DNA of 64,000 nt from Verrucomicrobiales bacterium (lineage in GTDB: Bacteria; Verrucomicrobiota; Verrucomicrobiia; Verrucomicrobiales; SLCJ01): NCBI GenBank assembly GCA_046075565.1, contig JBJTQJ010000108.1, forward strand, positions 1 through 64,000. The letters are read 5' to 3'. This document shows positions 40,726-49,171 of the stretch, piece after piece. A program made the translations under genes and the position numbers. Below the pieces are notes generated by a model. It saw only the letters and a program-made list of their open reading frames with translations, did no database searches and was not told where the DNA came from. How positions within the stretch are numbered: position 1 is the stretch's first letter; every line of letters begins with the position of its first letter.

Positions 40726-41175
40726 ATGATCACCAAAAGCACCGATCCGAAAATCGGCGCCTGCCTCGCCACTTTCACCTGCCTCCCGCCGCACGGGGCC
40801 AAACACGTCTCCATCTGCGGGGACTTCAACCAATGGCAGGCGGGACATGACACCATGACCCGCGAAGCAGATGGAACATTCACCATCACGCTGACCCTCA
40901 AAGAGGGCAGCCGCTTCTCCTTCAAATACCTTGCCGATGTCGGCGGCTGGCTCAACGACGAGAAGGCCGACGATTACCTGCAGAACGAATATGGCGTCTG
41001 GAACTCCATCGTCGCCACCCCCGCGGCCCCGAAGAAACCCGCCGCGAAAAAGGCACCGGCCAAGAAGGCGGTCGTGAAATCCGAACCGGAAAAACCAGCT
41101 CCTGTCGCGAAAAAGGCTCCCGCCAAAAAAGCCCCGGCCAAGAAAAAGGCCGCCGCGAAGAAGGCGAAGCCCTGA
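40726..41175 (+). CDS. CBM48 / isoamylase early-set domain protein with histone-H1-like PAKK tail
   Basis: AKHVSICGDFNQW, DGTFTITLTL, FKYLAD..WLND and NEYG..NSIV, then about 50 Lys/Ala/Pro-rich residues. Confidence 0.88.
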   Translation: MITKSTDPKIGACLATFTCLPPHGAKHVSICGDFNQWQAGHDTMTREADGTFTITLTLKEGSRFSFKYLADVGGWLNDEKADDYLQNEYGVWNSIVATPAAPKKPAAKKAPAKKAVVKSEPEKPAPVAKKAPAKKAPAKKKAAAKKAKP

Positions 41176-41185
41176 GCCTCACCGC

Positions 41186-42220
41186 TCACCGCATCGGCCG
41201 ATAGACCGTCGTTGACCGAAAGATTTCCCCCGGGCGCAGGACGACCGTGGGGAAGGCGGGTTGATTGGGCGAATCGGGAAAGTGTTGCGTCTCCAGCGCG
41301 AAACCCGACCGGGCGGTGGAGGGATTCCCCGTGCCTTTCATGAGCGCGGGCGAATGGCCATTGAAGTGCCCATTATAAAAATGGATTCCCGGTTCGGTGG
41401 TGAGCACCTCGAGCGCCCGACCGCTCTGGTGGCGAACCAAGGCGGCGGACCGGAGTTTTCCCGCCTCCCCATCAATGACCCATGTGTGGTCGTAGCCACA
41501 CAGCGTGGCCAATTCATCGTGTCCGTCGGGCTCGCGCATCGTCCGCAGCTTGCGGAAATCATACGCCGTGTCCGCGACGGGCGCGATGTGCCCGAGCGGG
41601 ATACCATCGCCATTTTTCGGAACGTAGGCGGAGGCTAGGATTTGTAGCTCGTGATCCGTCTCGAAGGCTCCGGCATCATGACCGGCAAGGTTGAAGTAGG
41701 CGTGGGCAGTCGGATTGAGGATGGTAGCCCGTCCGAAGACTTCGGCGCGGCAATCGTAACGCAACGCCCCATCGGCACCGAGGCTGAGAAGCACCTGCAG
41801 ATGAAGCTCGCCCGGATAGCCCTGCTCCCCATCCGGACTGACCAAGGAAAGAAGGAGTCCCTCGCTGGTGATCTGGGATTCCCAGGGCGCCTTGTCGAAT
41901 CCGGGGCTTCCGCCATGGAGGTGGTTCGGACCGTTGTTGATGGGCAGTTGGAATGTTTCGCCATCAAGCGTGAATTTTCCGGCGGCGATGCGGTTGCCAT
42001 ACCGCCCGACGACCGCGCCGTGATAACCGGCGTCATTCCAATAGTCGTCGAGAGATTCGCAGCCCAGCACGACATCGAGGTTTCCCGGCCAAATCCAGGA
42101 ACGAAGAATGGCTCCTTGATTGAGGATCTCGGCGGCATAATCTCCATGGCGAAGCGTGAAGATTTCCACCTCCCGGCCATCGGGCCGGACACCAAAAGGA
42201 GCGCGCGTGACTTCCAACAT
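41186..42220 (-). CDS. galM: Aldose 1-epimerase (mutarotase)
   Basis: GRYGNRI, NHLHGG, DGEQGYPG, HAYFNL, YDH and LETQHFPDSPN. Confidence 0.93.
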   Translation of the reverse strand: MLEVTRAPFGVRPDGREVEIFTLRHGDYAAEILNQGAILRSWIWPGNLDVVLGCESLDDYWNDAGYHGAVVGRYGNRIAAGKFTLDGETFQLPINNGPNHLHGGSPGFDKAPWESQITSEGLLLSLVSPDGEQGYPGELHLQVLLSLGADGALRYDCRAEVFGRATILNPTAHAYFNLAGHDAGAFETDHELQILASAYVPKNGDGIPLGHIAPVADTAYDFRKLRTMREPDGHDELATLCGYDHTWVIDGEAGKLRSAALVRHQSGRALEVLTTEPGIHFYNGHFNGHSPALMKGTGNPSTARSGFALETQHFPDSPNQPAFPTVVLRPGEIFRSTTVYRPMR

Positions 42221-42430
42221 GCGCATCCGGTAACGCGGGGAGGCCAATCGCGCAAGTGGCTGCCACTCCCACTTCTGGGGAAAATGATACGACCACAACT
42301 CCTGCCACCTTGGGCACGATTTTCCACCGATAAAACTTTTTTTAAGATTTCCGAAATATTTCACAACTTTCTCTTGCCAGAAGGCACAGGATCCGCTTTA
42401 TGCAGGGGAATATTCTCCTCGCACCTGCGC

Positions 42431-43006
42431 ATGAATTTCCTGCAGGAACTTTTCTTCTTCGACGTGCGGCCTTTACCCAAGAGGCGGCTGGGTAGCGCCG
42501 ACCCCGCATTGACCGCAGAAGCGCGACGACTTCTCCTCGCCATCGGGGAATGGGAACTGGCCTCCAAAGTGAAGGTCGAATGGTATCCCAGGCTACGGAG
42601 CACCGCCGGCCTGGCCGTCTATCGCGAGCACATGGTTTACCTGAATCCGAAGCTGGCGCGCTTCGCTCCCGTGGAACCAATCCACACGCTCAAGCACGAA
42701 CTCGCCCATCTCGTTGCCCACACCCGCGCCGGACGGCGCCGCATCGACGCGCACGGCCCCGAATGGCGTCGGGCCTGCGTGGACCTCGGTATTCCTGGTG
42801 AACGCCCGACCCATAATCTCCCCCTTCCCAAGTCCAATCGTCCGCGCCCCTATGTTTACCGCTGTCTCTCCTGTTCCGGGGAGGTGAAACGCACCAAACC
42901 CTTCCGCTTTGCTTGCGCCTGTTATTCCTGCTGCCGGAAATACAGCGGCGGGCGCTTCGACGAGCGGTTCCGCTATGTGCGCGCGCGCGAAACGATCGAG
43001 GCTTGA
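42431..43006 (+). CDS. SprT-like zinc metalloprotease
   Basis: RLRSTAG, HELAH, HGPEW, and C-terminal CxxC..CxxC. Confidence 0.9.
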   Translation: MNFLQELFFFDVRPLPKRRLGSADPALTAEARRLLLAIGEWELASKVKVEWYPRLRSTAGLAVYREHMVYLNPKLARFAPVEPIHTLKHELAHLVAHTRAGRRRIDAHGPEWRRACVDLGIPGERPTHNLPLPKSNRPRPYVYRCLSCSGEVKRTKPFRFACACYSCCRKYSGGRFDERFRYVRARETIEA

Positions 43007-43068
43007 GCATCGGGTTCTTTCCCGAATCCTCTGAAGGATTCCCCTCCCCCGGCTCGTAAAAGCTGGCT

Positions 43069-45273
43069 ATGATTCGCCCGTTCCTTCTCCTCTTGGCCCT
43101 TGTCTCGGCCTTGTCCGCCGCGCCGTCCCAGAAGCCGAATATCGTCTTCATCTTCAGCGACGATCACGCCCACAAAGCCATCTCTGCCTATGGAGGCCCG
43201 CTGGCCAAGGTCGCGCCCACCCCGGCATTGGATCGACTCGCCGATCAGGGAGCCATTTTTTCGAATTCCTTCTGCTGTAACTCAATCTGCGGCCCCTCGC
43301 GAGCCGCCATCCTCACCGGCCTCCATTCCCACGCCAACGGATTCCTCGACAACGACTTCTCCACCTTCGATGGCAACCAGCGCACGGTCGCGAAAATGCT
43401 GCAATCCTCCGGCTACCAGACCGCCATCGTCGGCAAATGGCACCTCGTTACCGAGCCCCAGGGCTTCGACTATTGGGAGATCCTGCCCGGACAAGGCCAT
43501 TACTACAACCCGGAATTCATCACCAGCGCTGGTTCAAAACGCGAGCAAGGCTACGTGACCGACATCATTACCGACAAGGCCATCCGCTGGCTCGATTCGC
43601 GCGAGGACAAGGAGAAACCGTTCCTCCTCATGTGCCAGCACAAGGCACCCCACCGGAATTGGTCGCCCGCTTTGCGCCACACTCGCCTCTTCGCCGATAC
43701 CGAGATTCCTGAGCCCGATAGCCTTTTCGATGACTACAAGAACCGCTCGGTCTCGCTCACGAAGCAAGCAATGACCATCGCCAAAGAAATGTATTGGGCG
43801 AACGACATGAAATTCGAAGGCGAGAACCTCTTCCCTGAACACTTCGCGGGTGGTCTCGGGAATTCCGAACGTGCCCGTATGACCGATGAACAACGAGCCG
43901 CCTGGGATGCCGCCTACCGCCCTGAAAACGAGGCCTTCATCGCCGACGTGAAAGCCGGCAAACTCGATGCCAAGGCCGTGACCCGGTGGAAATACCAGCG
44001 TTACCTCAAAGACTACCTGCGTTGCATCCGCGCCGTGGACGAAAACGTGGACCGTCTCCTCGAACACCTCGACAAAAGCGGCTTGGCCGACAACACCATC
44101 GTTATCTACTCCTCCGACCAGGGATTTTATCTCGGCGAACACGGCTGGTATGACAAACGCTGGATGTTCGAGGAGTCCCTGGAAATGCCATTCATCATCC
44201 GCTGGCCAGGTGTGGTCAAACCCGGCAGCCGCCCCGAGACGATGATCCAGAATATCGATTACGGCCCCACCTTCCTCGAAATGGCCGGCCAACCTGTCCC
44301 CTCCGACATGCACGGCCGCAGCCTCGTGCCCGCTCTCAAGGACACCACCAAAGTGCCCGAGGGATGGAGAGAAAGCATCTACTACCAGTATTCCGGCGAA
44401 AACACCCACGCGGTCGCCGCCCATGACGGGGTGCGGACTTCGCGTTACAAACTCATGTGGTTCCCACGCACCAAAGAATGGAACTTGTTCGACCTGGAGA
44501 AGGATCCGCAGGAGATGAAGTCCGTCCACGCCGATCCGGAATACGCGAAAGTGCTGGAAGAAATGAAGGACCTCTACCGGAAGAACCGCGCAACCTATGG
44601 GGTCAATGATGCCACCGTGCCCCAGCCCCGCTTGAAAGACGGCTGGTGGAAGGAACGCCACCAGGCCAAGAAGAAAGAACTTTCCAAAGGCGGCCACGAG
44701 TTGGTTTTCCTCGGAGATTCCATCACCCAGGGATGGGAAGGCGCGGGCAAAGAAGCCTGGAGCAAATCATTCGGCTCCCGCAAGGCGATCAACCTCGGCT
44801 TCTCCGGCGATTGCACCCAACACGTGCTCTGGCGACTCTTCAATGTTGGCTTCGAAGGCGCGAAACCCAAGGTGCTTGTCTTGATGATCGGCACCAACAA
44901 TACGGGAATTCACCAGCAGGATCCGGTCGAAACAGCCTCCGGGATCACATCCATCCTCAATATCATCCGCGACCGCAAGCCGGAAACGAATATCCTTCTA
45001 GTCGGCGTGCCGCCGCGCGGCGAAGGTCCCAGCGATCCTCTGCGTAAGATCAATGATGAACTCAACAGCAAACTCGTAGGTCTGGCCGATGGGAAAAAGA
45101 TCCACTACCACGATGGCGGTGCCGCTTTCCTCTCCCCCGATGGCACCTGCCGCCCGGATCTGATGCCCGACAAACTGCATCTCTCGCCCGAAGGTTACAA
45201 GATCTGGGCCGCGCAGCTCGAACCGATCATCAACAAACTCGCTGGCTGGGATACCGCGGCAACCGCTCCGTGA
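43069..45273 (+). CDS. Secreted sulfatase fused to a GDSL/SGNH hydrolase
   Basis: CGPSR signature, GKWHL and SDQGFYLGEHG, then FLGDSIT, GFSGD, MIGTNN and DKLH. Confidence 0.92.
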   Translation: MIRPFLLLLALVSALSAAPSQKPNIVFIFSDDHAHKAISAYGGPLAKVAPTPALDRLADQGAIFSNSFCCNSICGPSRAAILTGLHSHANGFLDNDFSTFDGNQRTVAKMLQSSGYQTAIVGKWHLVTEPQGFDYWEILPGQGHYYNPEFITSAGSKREQGYVTDIITDKAIRWLDSREDKEKPFLLMCQHKAPHRNWSPALRHTRLFADTEIPEPDSLFDDYKNRSVSLTKQAMTIAKEMYWANDMKFEGENLFPEHFAGGLGNSERARMTDEQRAAWDAAYRPENEAFIADVKAGKLDAKAVTRWKYQRYLKDYLRCIRAVDENVDRLLEHLDKSGLADNTIVIYSSDQGFYLGEHGWYDKRWMFEESLEMPFIIRWPGVVKPGSRPETMIQNIDYGPTFLEMAGQPVPSDMHGRSLVPALKDTTKVPEGWRESIYYQYSGENTHAVAAHDGVRTSRYKLMWFPRTKEWNLFDLEKDPQEMKSVHADPEYAKVLEEMKDLYRKNRATYGVNDATVPQPRLKDGWWKERHQAKKKELSKGGHELVFLGDSITQGWEGAGKEAWSKSFGSRKAINLGFSGDCTQHVLWRLFNVGFEGAKPKVLVLMIGTNNTGIHQQDPVETASGITSILNIIRDRKPETNILLVGVPPRGEGPSDPLRKINDELNSKLVGLADGKKIHYHDGGAAFLSPDGTCRPDLMPDKLHLSPEGYKIWAAQLEPIINKLAGWDTAATAP

Positions 45274-45304
45274 AAACGAAGCGCAACCGCGAACGACGGA
45301 TCTT

Positions 45305-45377
45305 GTTGGAGTTCGGGCTTTAGCCCGTCATTCCACCACTGCCAATGAGAGAAACGGGCTAAAGCCCGAACTCCAAC
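45305..45377. repeat. Perfect 24-bp inverted REP doublet (REPIN-like), family B
   Basis: GTTGGAGTTCGGGCTTTAGCCCGT (45305-45328) and its exact reverse complement (45354-45377). GGAG foot plus CGGGCT/AGCCCG palindrome. Confidence 0.88.
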
Positions 45378-45481
45378 CTTGCCCGATGGGCCCCGAACAA
45401 CAACAGCAGGGACCGTTGTGCCAGTCTTGCCTTCGGGTCTGTCCGATGCTCTGATAGGTGGCACTCAATTCACCCACTGCC

Positions 45482-46843
45482 ATGACAGAGCGGCACATTC
45501 TGGTCCACTATCACCTCCGCCCCGGCGGAGTGACGACCGTGCTGCGCGAACAGGCGCGCGTGCTAACCTCCCTCGGAGCGTCCGTCCAAATCATCAGTGG
45601 GGAGGCGGCTCCGCCGGGAGCGGATGATTTCCCGACGCCCATCGAAGTGGTGCCGGAACTTGGCTATCGGCAGCACCCTTTGGAGCCCGATGACTTCGAG
45701 AGGATTCTCCATCGATTGGCATCCATCGCAGGACTGGATGGGATTCTCCACTTCCAGAATCCGACGCTTAAAAAAAACCCCTCATGGATGGCGCTGATCA
45801 ACCGCCTCGCGGCTTCCGGTCATGCCATACTTTTGCAGATTCACGATTTCGGCGAAGACCATCGTTGGCGGCCCGGTCACGAGCCGATCGACCATGCGCG
45901 GTTTTATCCGTGCGGAGACCGTGTCCTCTGGATTGTTCTTCATCCGGAGGATCGGGCGATTCTAGTTTCTGCCGGTATGGCAGACGATGATGTCGCGGTG
46001 TTGCCGAATTTGGTGTCCGCTCCTGTTTATGGCACCCTCCCATCGGCCGACGATGGAAAGGTCCGCGTCCTCTACCCGGCCCGAGGGATCCGCCGCAAGA
46101 ACATCGGCGAATTTCTCCTGCTTGCCACCCTCGCACCATCATCTTGGGAATTCCGCAGCACCCTGCCCCCGAACGGCGCGGCTCAAGAGAGGCAATTCCG
46201 TCGTTGGCAAAGGTGGGCCGGTCATTTGGAGATCAAGGCTTTGTTAGGAGAGGGCACCGGAGACTACCGTCCTGATCTCGTGATCTCGACGAGTGTGCGG
46301 GAGGGATTCGGCTATTCCTTCGCCGAGCCGTGGCTGGCCGGGATTCCCGCGACCGGACGTCATCCGGATCGATGGTTGGTCGGTCATGACGGGCAGACTC
46401 TGCCTCATGCTCCGGGCCTTTACAGCGCAATTCACATCCCGACCCGTTGGCTGCGCAAGGATACGCGGCCCTTGGTTTCCGGTCCGACCATCGACTTCGC
46501 TGATTTGCCCGAGACTGGCCAACGCCATGTGCTGCGCGAGGTCGTGGGAGACCCGGACGTCGCGCGAGAGGATTTTCTTTTTGAGTTGATCGATGGTCGT
46601 CGGGTCAAAGCCGTTGATTGGTTCTCCGGGATTCTCGCACAGTCCCGGGACTCGATTAAGACCATGGCAGCACACATGCGTTCGGGATTTTCTTCTTTTC
46701 ATCTGGGCGAGAGACTGCGGACCGTCGCATCCGGCGCTCGCGGGGCGCGTGGCGGGTTGCGCGGCCATGCCGATGCCTCCATGGTGCTTAGGGCATTTTC
46801 CAAGCCCGGACCATTCCGCTTCCTCCGCCTTCCTCCTTCATGA
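45482..46843 (+). CDS. GT-B (GT4-like) glycosyltransferase
   Basis: HYHLRPGGVTTV, LYPARGIRRKNIGE and STSVREGFGYSFAE (EX7E). Confidence 0.8.
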   Translation: MTERHILVHYHLRPGGVTTVLREQARVLTSLGASVQIISGEAAPPGADDFPTPIEVVPELGYRQHPLEPDDFERILHRLASIAGLDGILHFQNPTLKKNPSWMALINRLAASGHAILLQIHDFGEDHRWRPGHEPIDHARFYPCGDRVLWIVLHPEDRAILVSAGMADDDVAVLPNLVSAPVYGTLPSADDGKVRVLYPARGIRRKNIGEFLLLATLAPSSWEFRSTLPPNGAAQERQFRRWQRWAGHLEIKALLGEGTGDYRPDLVISTSVREGFGYSFAEPWLAGIPATGRHPDRWLVGHDGQTLPHAPGLYSAIHIPTRWLRKDTRPLVSGPTIDFADLPETGQRHVLREVVGDPDVAREDFLFELIDGRRVKAVDWFSGILAQSRDSIKTMAAHMRSGFSSFHLGERLRTVASGARGARGGLRGHADASMVLRAFSKPGPFRFLRLPPS

Positions 46844-47688
46844 TTGATGATCCTTTGCATCAGGTATTGCGTGCGTCACTCCAGGAGTTCCCCCTGAAGC
46901 CGTCGGGCCTTGCCCCGGTGCTCCGCCCATTGGAAGGAATCCAAGCGGTGGTTTTCGATTTCTACGACACGCTCATCCTGACGGAAACGAGCACGGTGCC
47001 CGCCGGGATGGAAACCGATGTGTTGTTGGGCAGCGATTTGGCGCGGCGGGTTAGGCTGGCCGGCGGGAAATTGCCCGCACGGGCCTCGGACTTTGAAGCC
47101 GCATGGTCGGCCTGCATCGCAGCGACCCATCGCCATCGCCGTGAATCTGAACCCGATCTGGTGCAACCGGAAGTGCATACCCTCGATGTGGTCCGCGATT
47201 TCTGCCAGGCTTCGCTGTCCGACAATCTCGCCTCCGAAGTGGCGGCTCGCCGGGAAGCATGGACCACCCGTTCGCGCCGTGCGCCCGGAGCACGGGCCAT
47301 GCTCGGCAAGTTACGCGCACGCGGACTTACCCTCGGGATCGGTTCGAATGCCCAGCGGGTTTCCGAATCCCTGTTTTCCCTTCATTTCGGAGGAAAGCCC
47401 GAAGCACTCGGACTCACGCTGAACGTCTGGAGTTGGCGTCTCGGCGTCGCCAAACCCGACCCGGCGTTTTTCCGTCATCTCGCCAAACTCGCGGCTGGCC
47501 TCGGGATCACCCCTGCCCGATTGCTCTTTGTCGGCAACGACCCATCCCGCGACATTGCACCGGCGGCCAACGCGGGTTTCGCCACCTGCCTATACGCCGG
47601 GGACCAACGCTGCCTGCGCCCGTCCGGGAGCAGGACCCCAGATGCGGTCATCACCTGCTTCTCCCAACTCGACGGCATCCTGCGGTGA
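46840..47688 (+). CDS. HAD-family hydrolase/phosphatase
   Basis: VVFDFYDTL, SNAQ, AKPDP and VGND...D. ATGA overlap with the GT gene. Confidence 0.85.
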   Translation: MIDDPLHQVLRASLQEFPLKPSGLAPVLRPLEGIQAVVFDFYDTLILTETSTVPAGMETDVLLGSDLARRVRLAGGKLPARASDFEAAWSACIAATHRHRRESEPDLVQPEVHTLDVVRDFCQASLSDNLASEVAARREAWTTRSRRAPGARAMLGKLRARGLTLGIGSNAQRVSESLFSLHFGGKPEALGLTLNVWSWRLGVAKPDPAFFRHLAKLAAGLGITPARLLFVGNDPSRDIAPAANAGFATCLYAGDQRCLRPSGSRTPDAVITCFSQLDGILR

Positions 47689-47720
47689 TAGATTCCCGGG
47701 CAGGCTGGCGTAAACCCGCC

Positions 47721-48950
47721 ATGCTTCCCATGCGTAGATTTTTCGGCCTTCTGGCACTCCCGGTTCTTACCGCCGTGGCGGTCGCCGATGATGCCCCACT
47801 TTATTCGGTGAAACTCGATCCCGGCAAGGTCGCGCGCGAAGATGCATTGGTGGCGATTGCCCACGGTCTGGAAAATGTCCCGCCCAATGCCAGTGGAGCG
47901 CTCTTTTTCCGTTCGGGTGAAGAGGAAGCCCTCCAGGCCGACCTCGATCCGGCGGATCGGAAAACCCTGTGGCTGCGGGTGCCCGGGCAATGGCCGGCCA
48001 ACCAAATCCTTGAACTGAGTTGCCGCGCCTGGGTGCAGGACACGAAAAGTCCCGAGGAGGATCCGAAGGAAAACTTCAGCTTCAAGGATCCAAGCGGACG
48101 AGAGCTTTTCCTTTATCAGGCGAAAACCAATCCCGCGCCGGAAGGCACTTCCCCCCTCTTTGCGAGGTCCGCCTTCATCCACCCCCTCACCACCCCCGCA
48201 GGGCACATCCTAACAGGAACACGTCCCTCCGATCACATCCATCACATGGGCCTCTGGCACGCTTGGACGCAGACCAATTTCCGCGGCGAAAAAGTGGACT
48301 TCTGGAACATCAAGGAAGGACAAGGCACGGTTCGCTTCGCCAGCTACGACTGGCGGCATCGGGGCCGCGCTTGGAGCGGTTTCTCCGCGAAACAAGAGCA
48401 TATCGCTTGGCCGGGACAAGCCCGGGAGACCAGGGTGCTGGATGAATCTCTGGTCGTGCGCGCATGGACGACCGCCAAAGCCCTCGTGCTCGACTACAAT
48501 TTCACGCAGAAAAACGTTTCCGACGCGCCCCTCGAACTGACCGCCTATCGTTATGGCGGCGGCTTGGGTTTTCGCGGACGCCCGGAGTGGCGGCTTGAAA
48601 CAAGCGACTACCTGACCAGTGAAGGAAAAACCCGCGAGAATGCCCACCAAAGCCGCGCCCGCTGGCTCGGTGCCAGCGGAACGACCGGAGACGCAACCAA
48701 GGGCAGCGTGGTTCTGCTTTCCCATCCGGAAAATACCGACTCTCCGCAGCGCATCCGCACTTGGGGCAAAGAACACGAGGGCGCCATTTTCATGAATTTC
48801 GTGCCGACTCAGGAAAAGGCTTCCTCCATCGCCCCCGGTGCCAGCATCACCCTGCGCTATCGGGTCATCACCATGGATGGCGGACTGGACAAGACGGTCA
48901 TTGAAGCTATCTGGGATGACTATGCGAATCCTGTTCGAGTAGGGAAATGA
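47721..48950 (+). CDS. Secreted PmoA-like/DUF6807-family protein (not a methane monooxygenase)
   Basis: Signal peptide, RSAFIHPL.TP.G, DHIHHMGLW, YGGGLGFRG and LRYRV. Confidence 0.75.
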   Translation: MLPMRRFFGLLALPVLTAVAVADDAPLYSVKLDPGKVAREDALVAIAHGLENVPPNASGALFFRSGEEEALQADLDPADRKTLWLRVPGQWPANQILELSCRAWVQDTKSPEEDPKENFSFKDPSGRELFLYQAKTNPAPEGTSPLFARSAFIHPLTTPAGHILTGTRPSDHIHHMGLWHAWTQTNFRGEKVDFWNIKEGQGTVRFASYDWRHRGRAWSGFSAKQEHIAWPGQARETRVLDESLVVRAWTTAKALVLDYNFTQKNVSDAPLELTAYRYGGGLGFRGRPEWRLETSDYLTSEGKTRENAHQSRARWLGASGTTGDATKGSVVLLSHPENTDSPQRIRTWGKEHEGAIFMNFVPTQEKASSIAPGASITLRYRVITMDGGLDKTVIEAIWDDYANPVRVGK

Positions 48951-49094
48951 AGGGGAGACTCAAGACCGCTTCGCTCAAAGACCCAAGACACAAGACTTGA
49001 GCCCAGGGCTAGGAATCAGGAATCAGGAATCGGGAGTCGGGAGTCAGGTCTAATGTCTTGGAGCAAAGCGGTCTTCTGTCTTCTGTCTCCCTCA
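48948..49094. repeat. MITE-like heptamer-repeat element with inverted arms
   Basis: Left arm GGAGACTCAAGACCGCTTCGCTCAAAGAC, right arm GTCTTGGAGCAAAGCGGTCTTCTGTCTTCTGTCTCC (cores 19/21 complementary). Internal (AGGAATC)3(GGGAGTC)2 at 49011-49045. Confidence 0.82.
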
Positions 49095-49131
49095 GTTCCC
49101 AGCTTTTCCGATTTTCCGGCTTTCTTCCCCC

Positions 49132-49159
49132 TTGAACGCTTTTCCGACGGGATTAGAAT
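49132..49159 (+). promoter_or_regulatory. Sigma70-type promoter for opgG (TTGAAC-N16-TAGAAT)
   Basis: Near-consensus hexamers, 12 nt before ATG 49172. Confidence 0.55.
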
Positions 49160-49171
49160 TGGGGACCACTC

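Noticed and set aside
23539-43006. Anti-phage defence island (RecQ, kinase, SprT, transposase)
   Set aside because: These genes are dispersed among housekeeping genes with normal GC and no operon linkage.
45770-45777. A8 tract in the glycosyltransferase and the C7A7 run near 62174-62187 as phase-variation switches
   Set aside because: The tracts are short and either in frame or intergenic, with no supporting evidence of slippage.
47721-48950. Methane monooxygenase or methanotrophy
   Set aside because: The PmoA-like family label is misleading here. This is a soluble secreted protein, and no pmoCAB operon is present.
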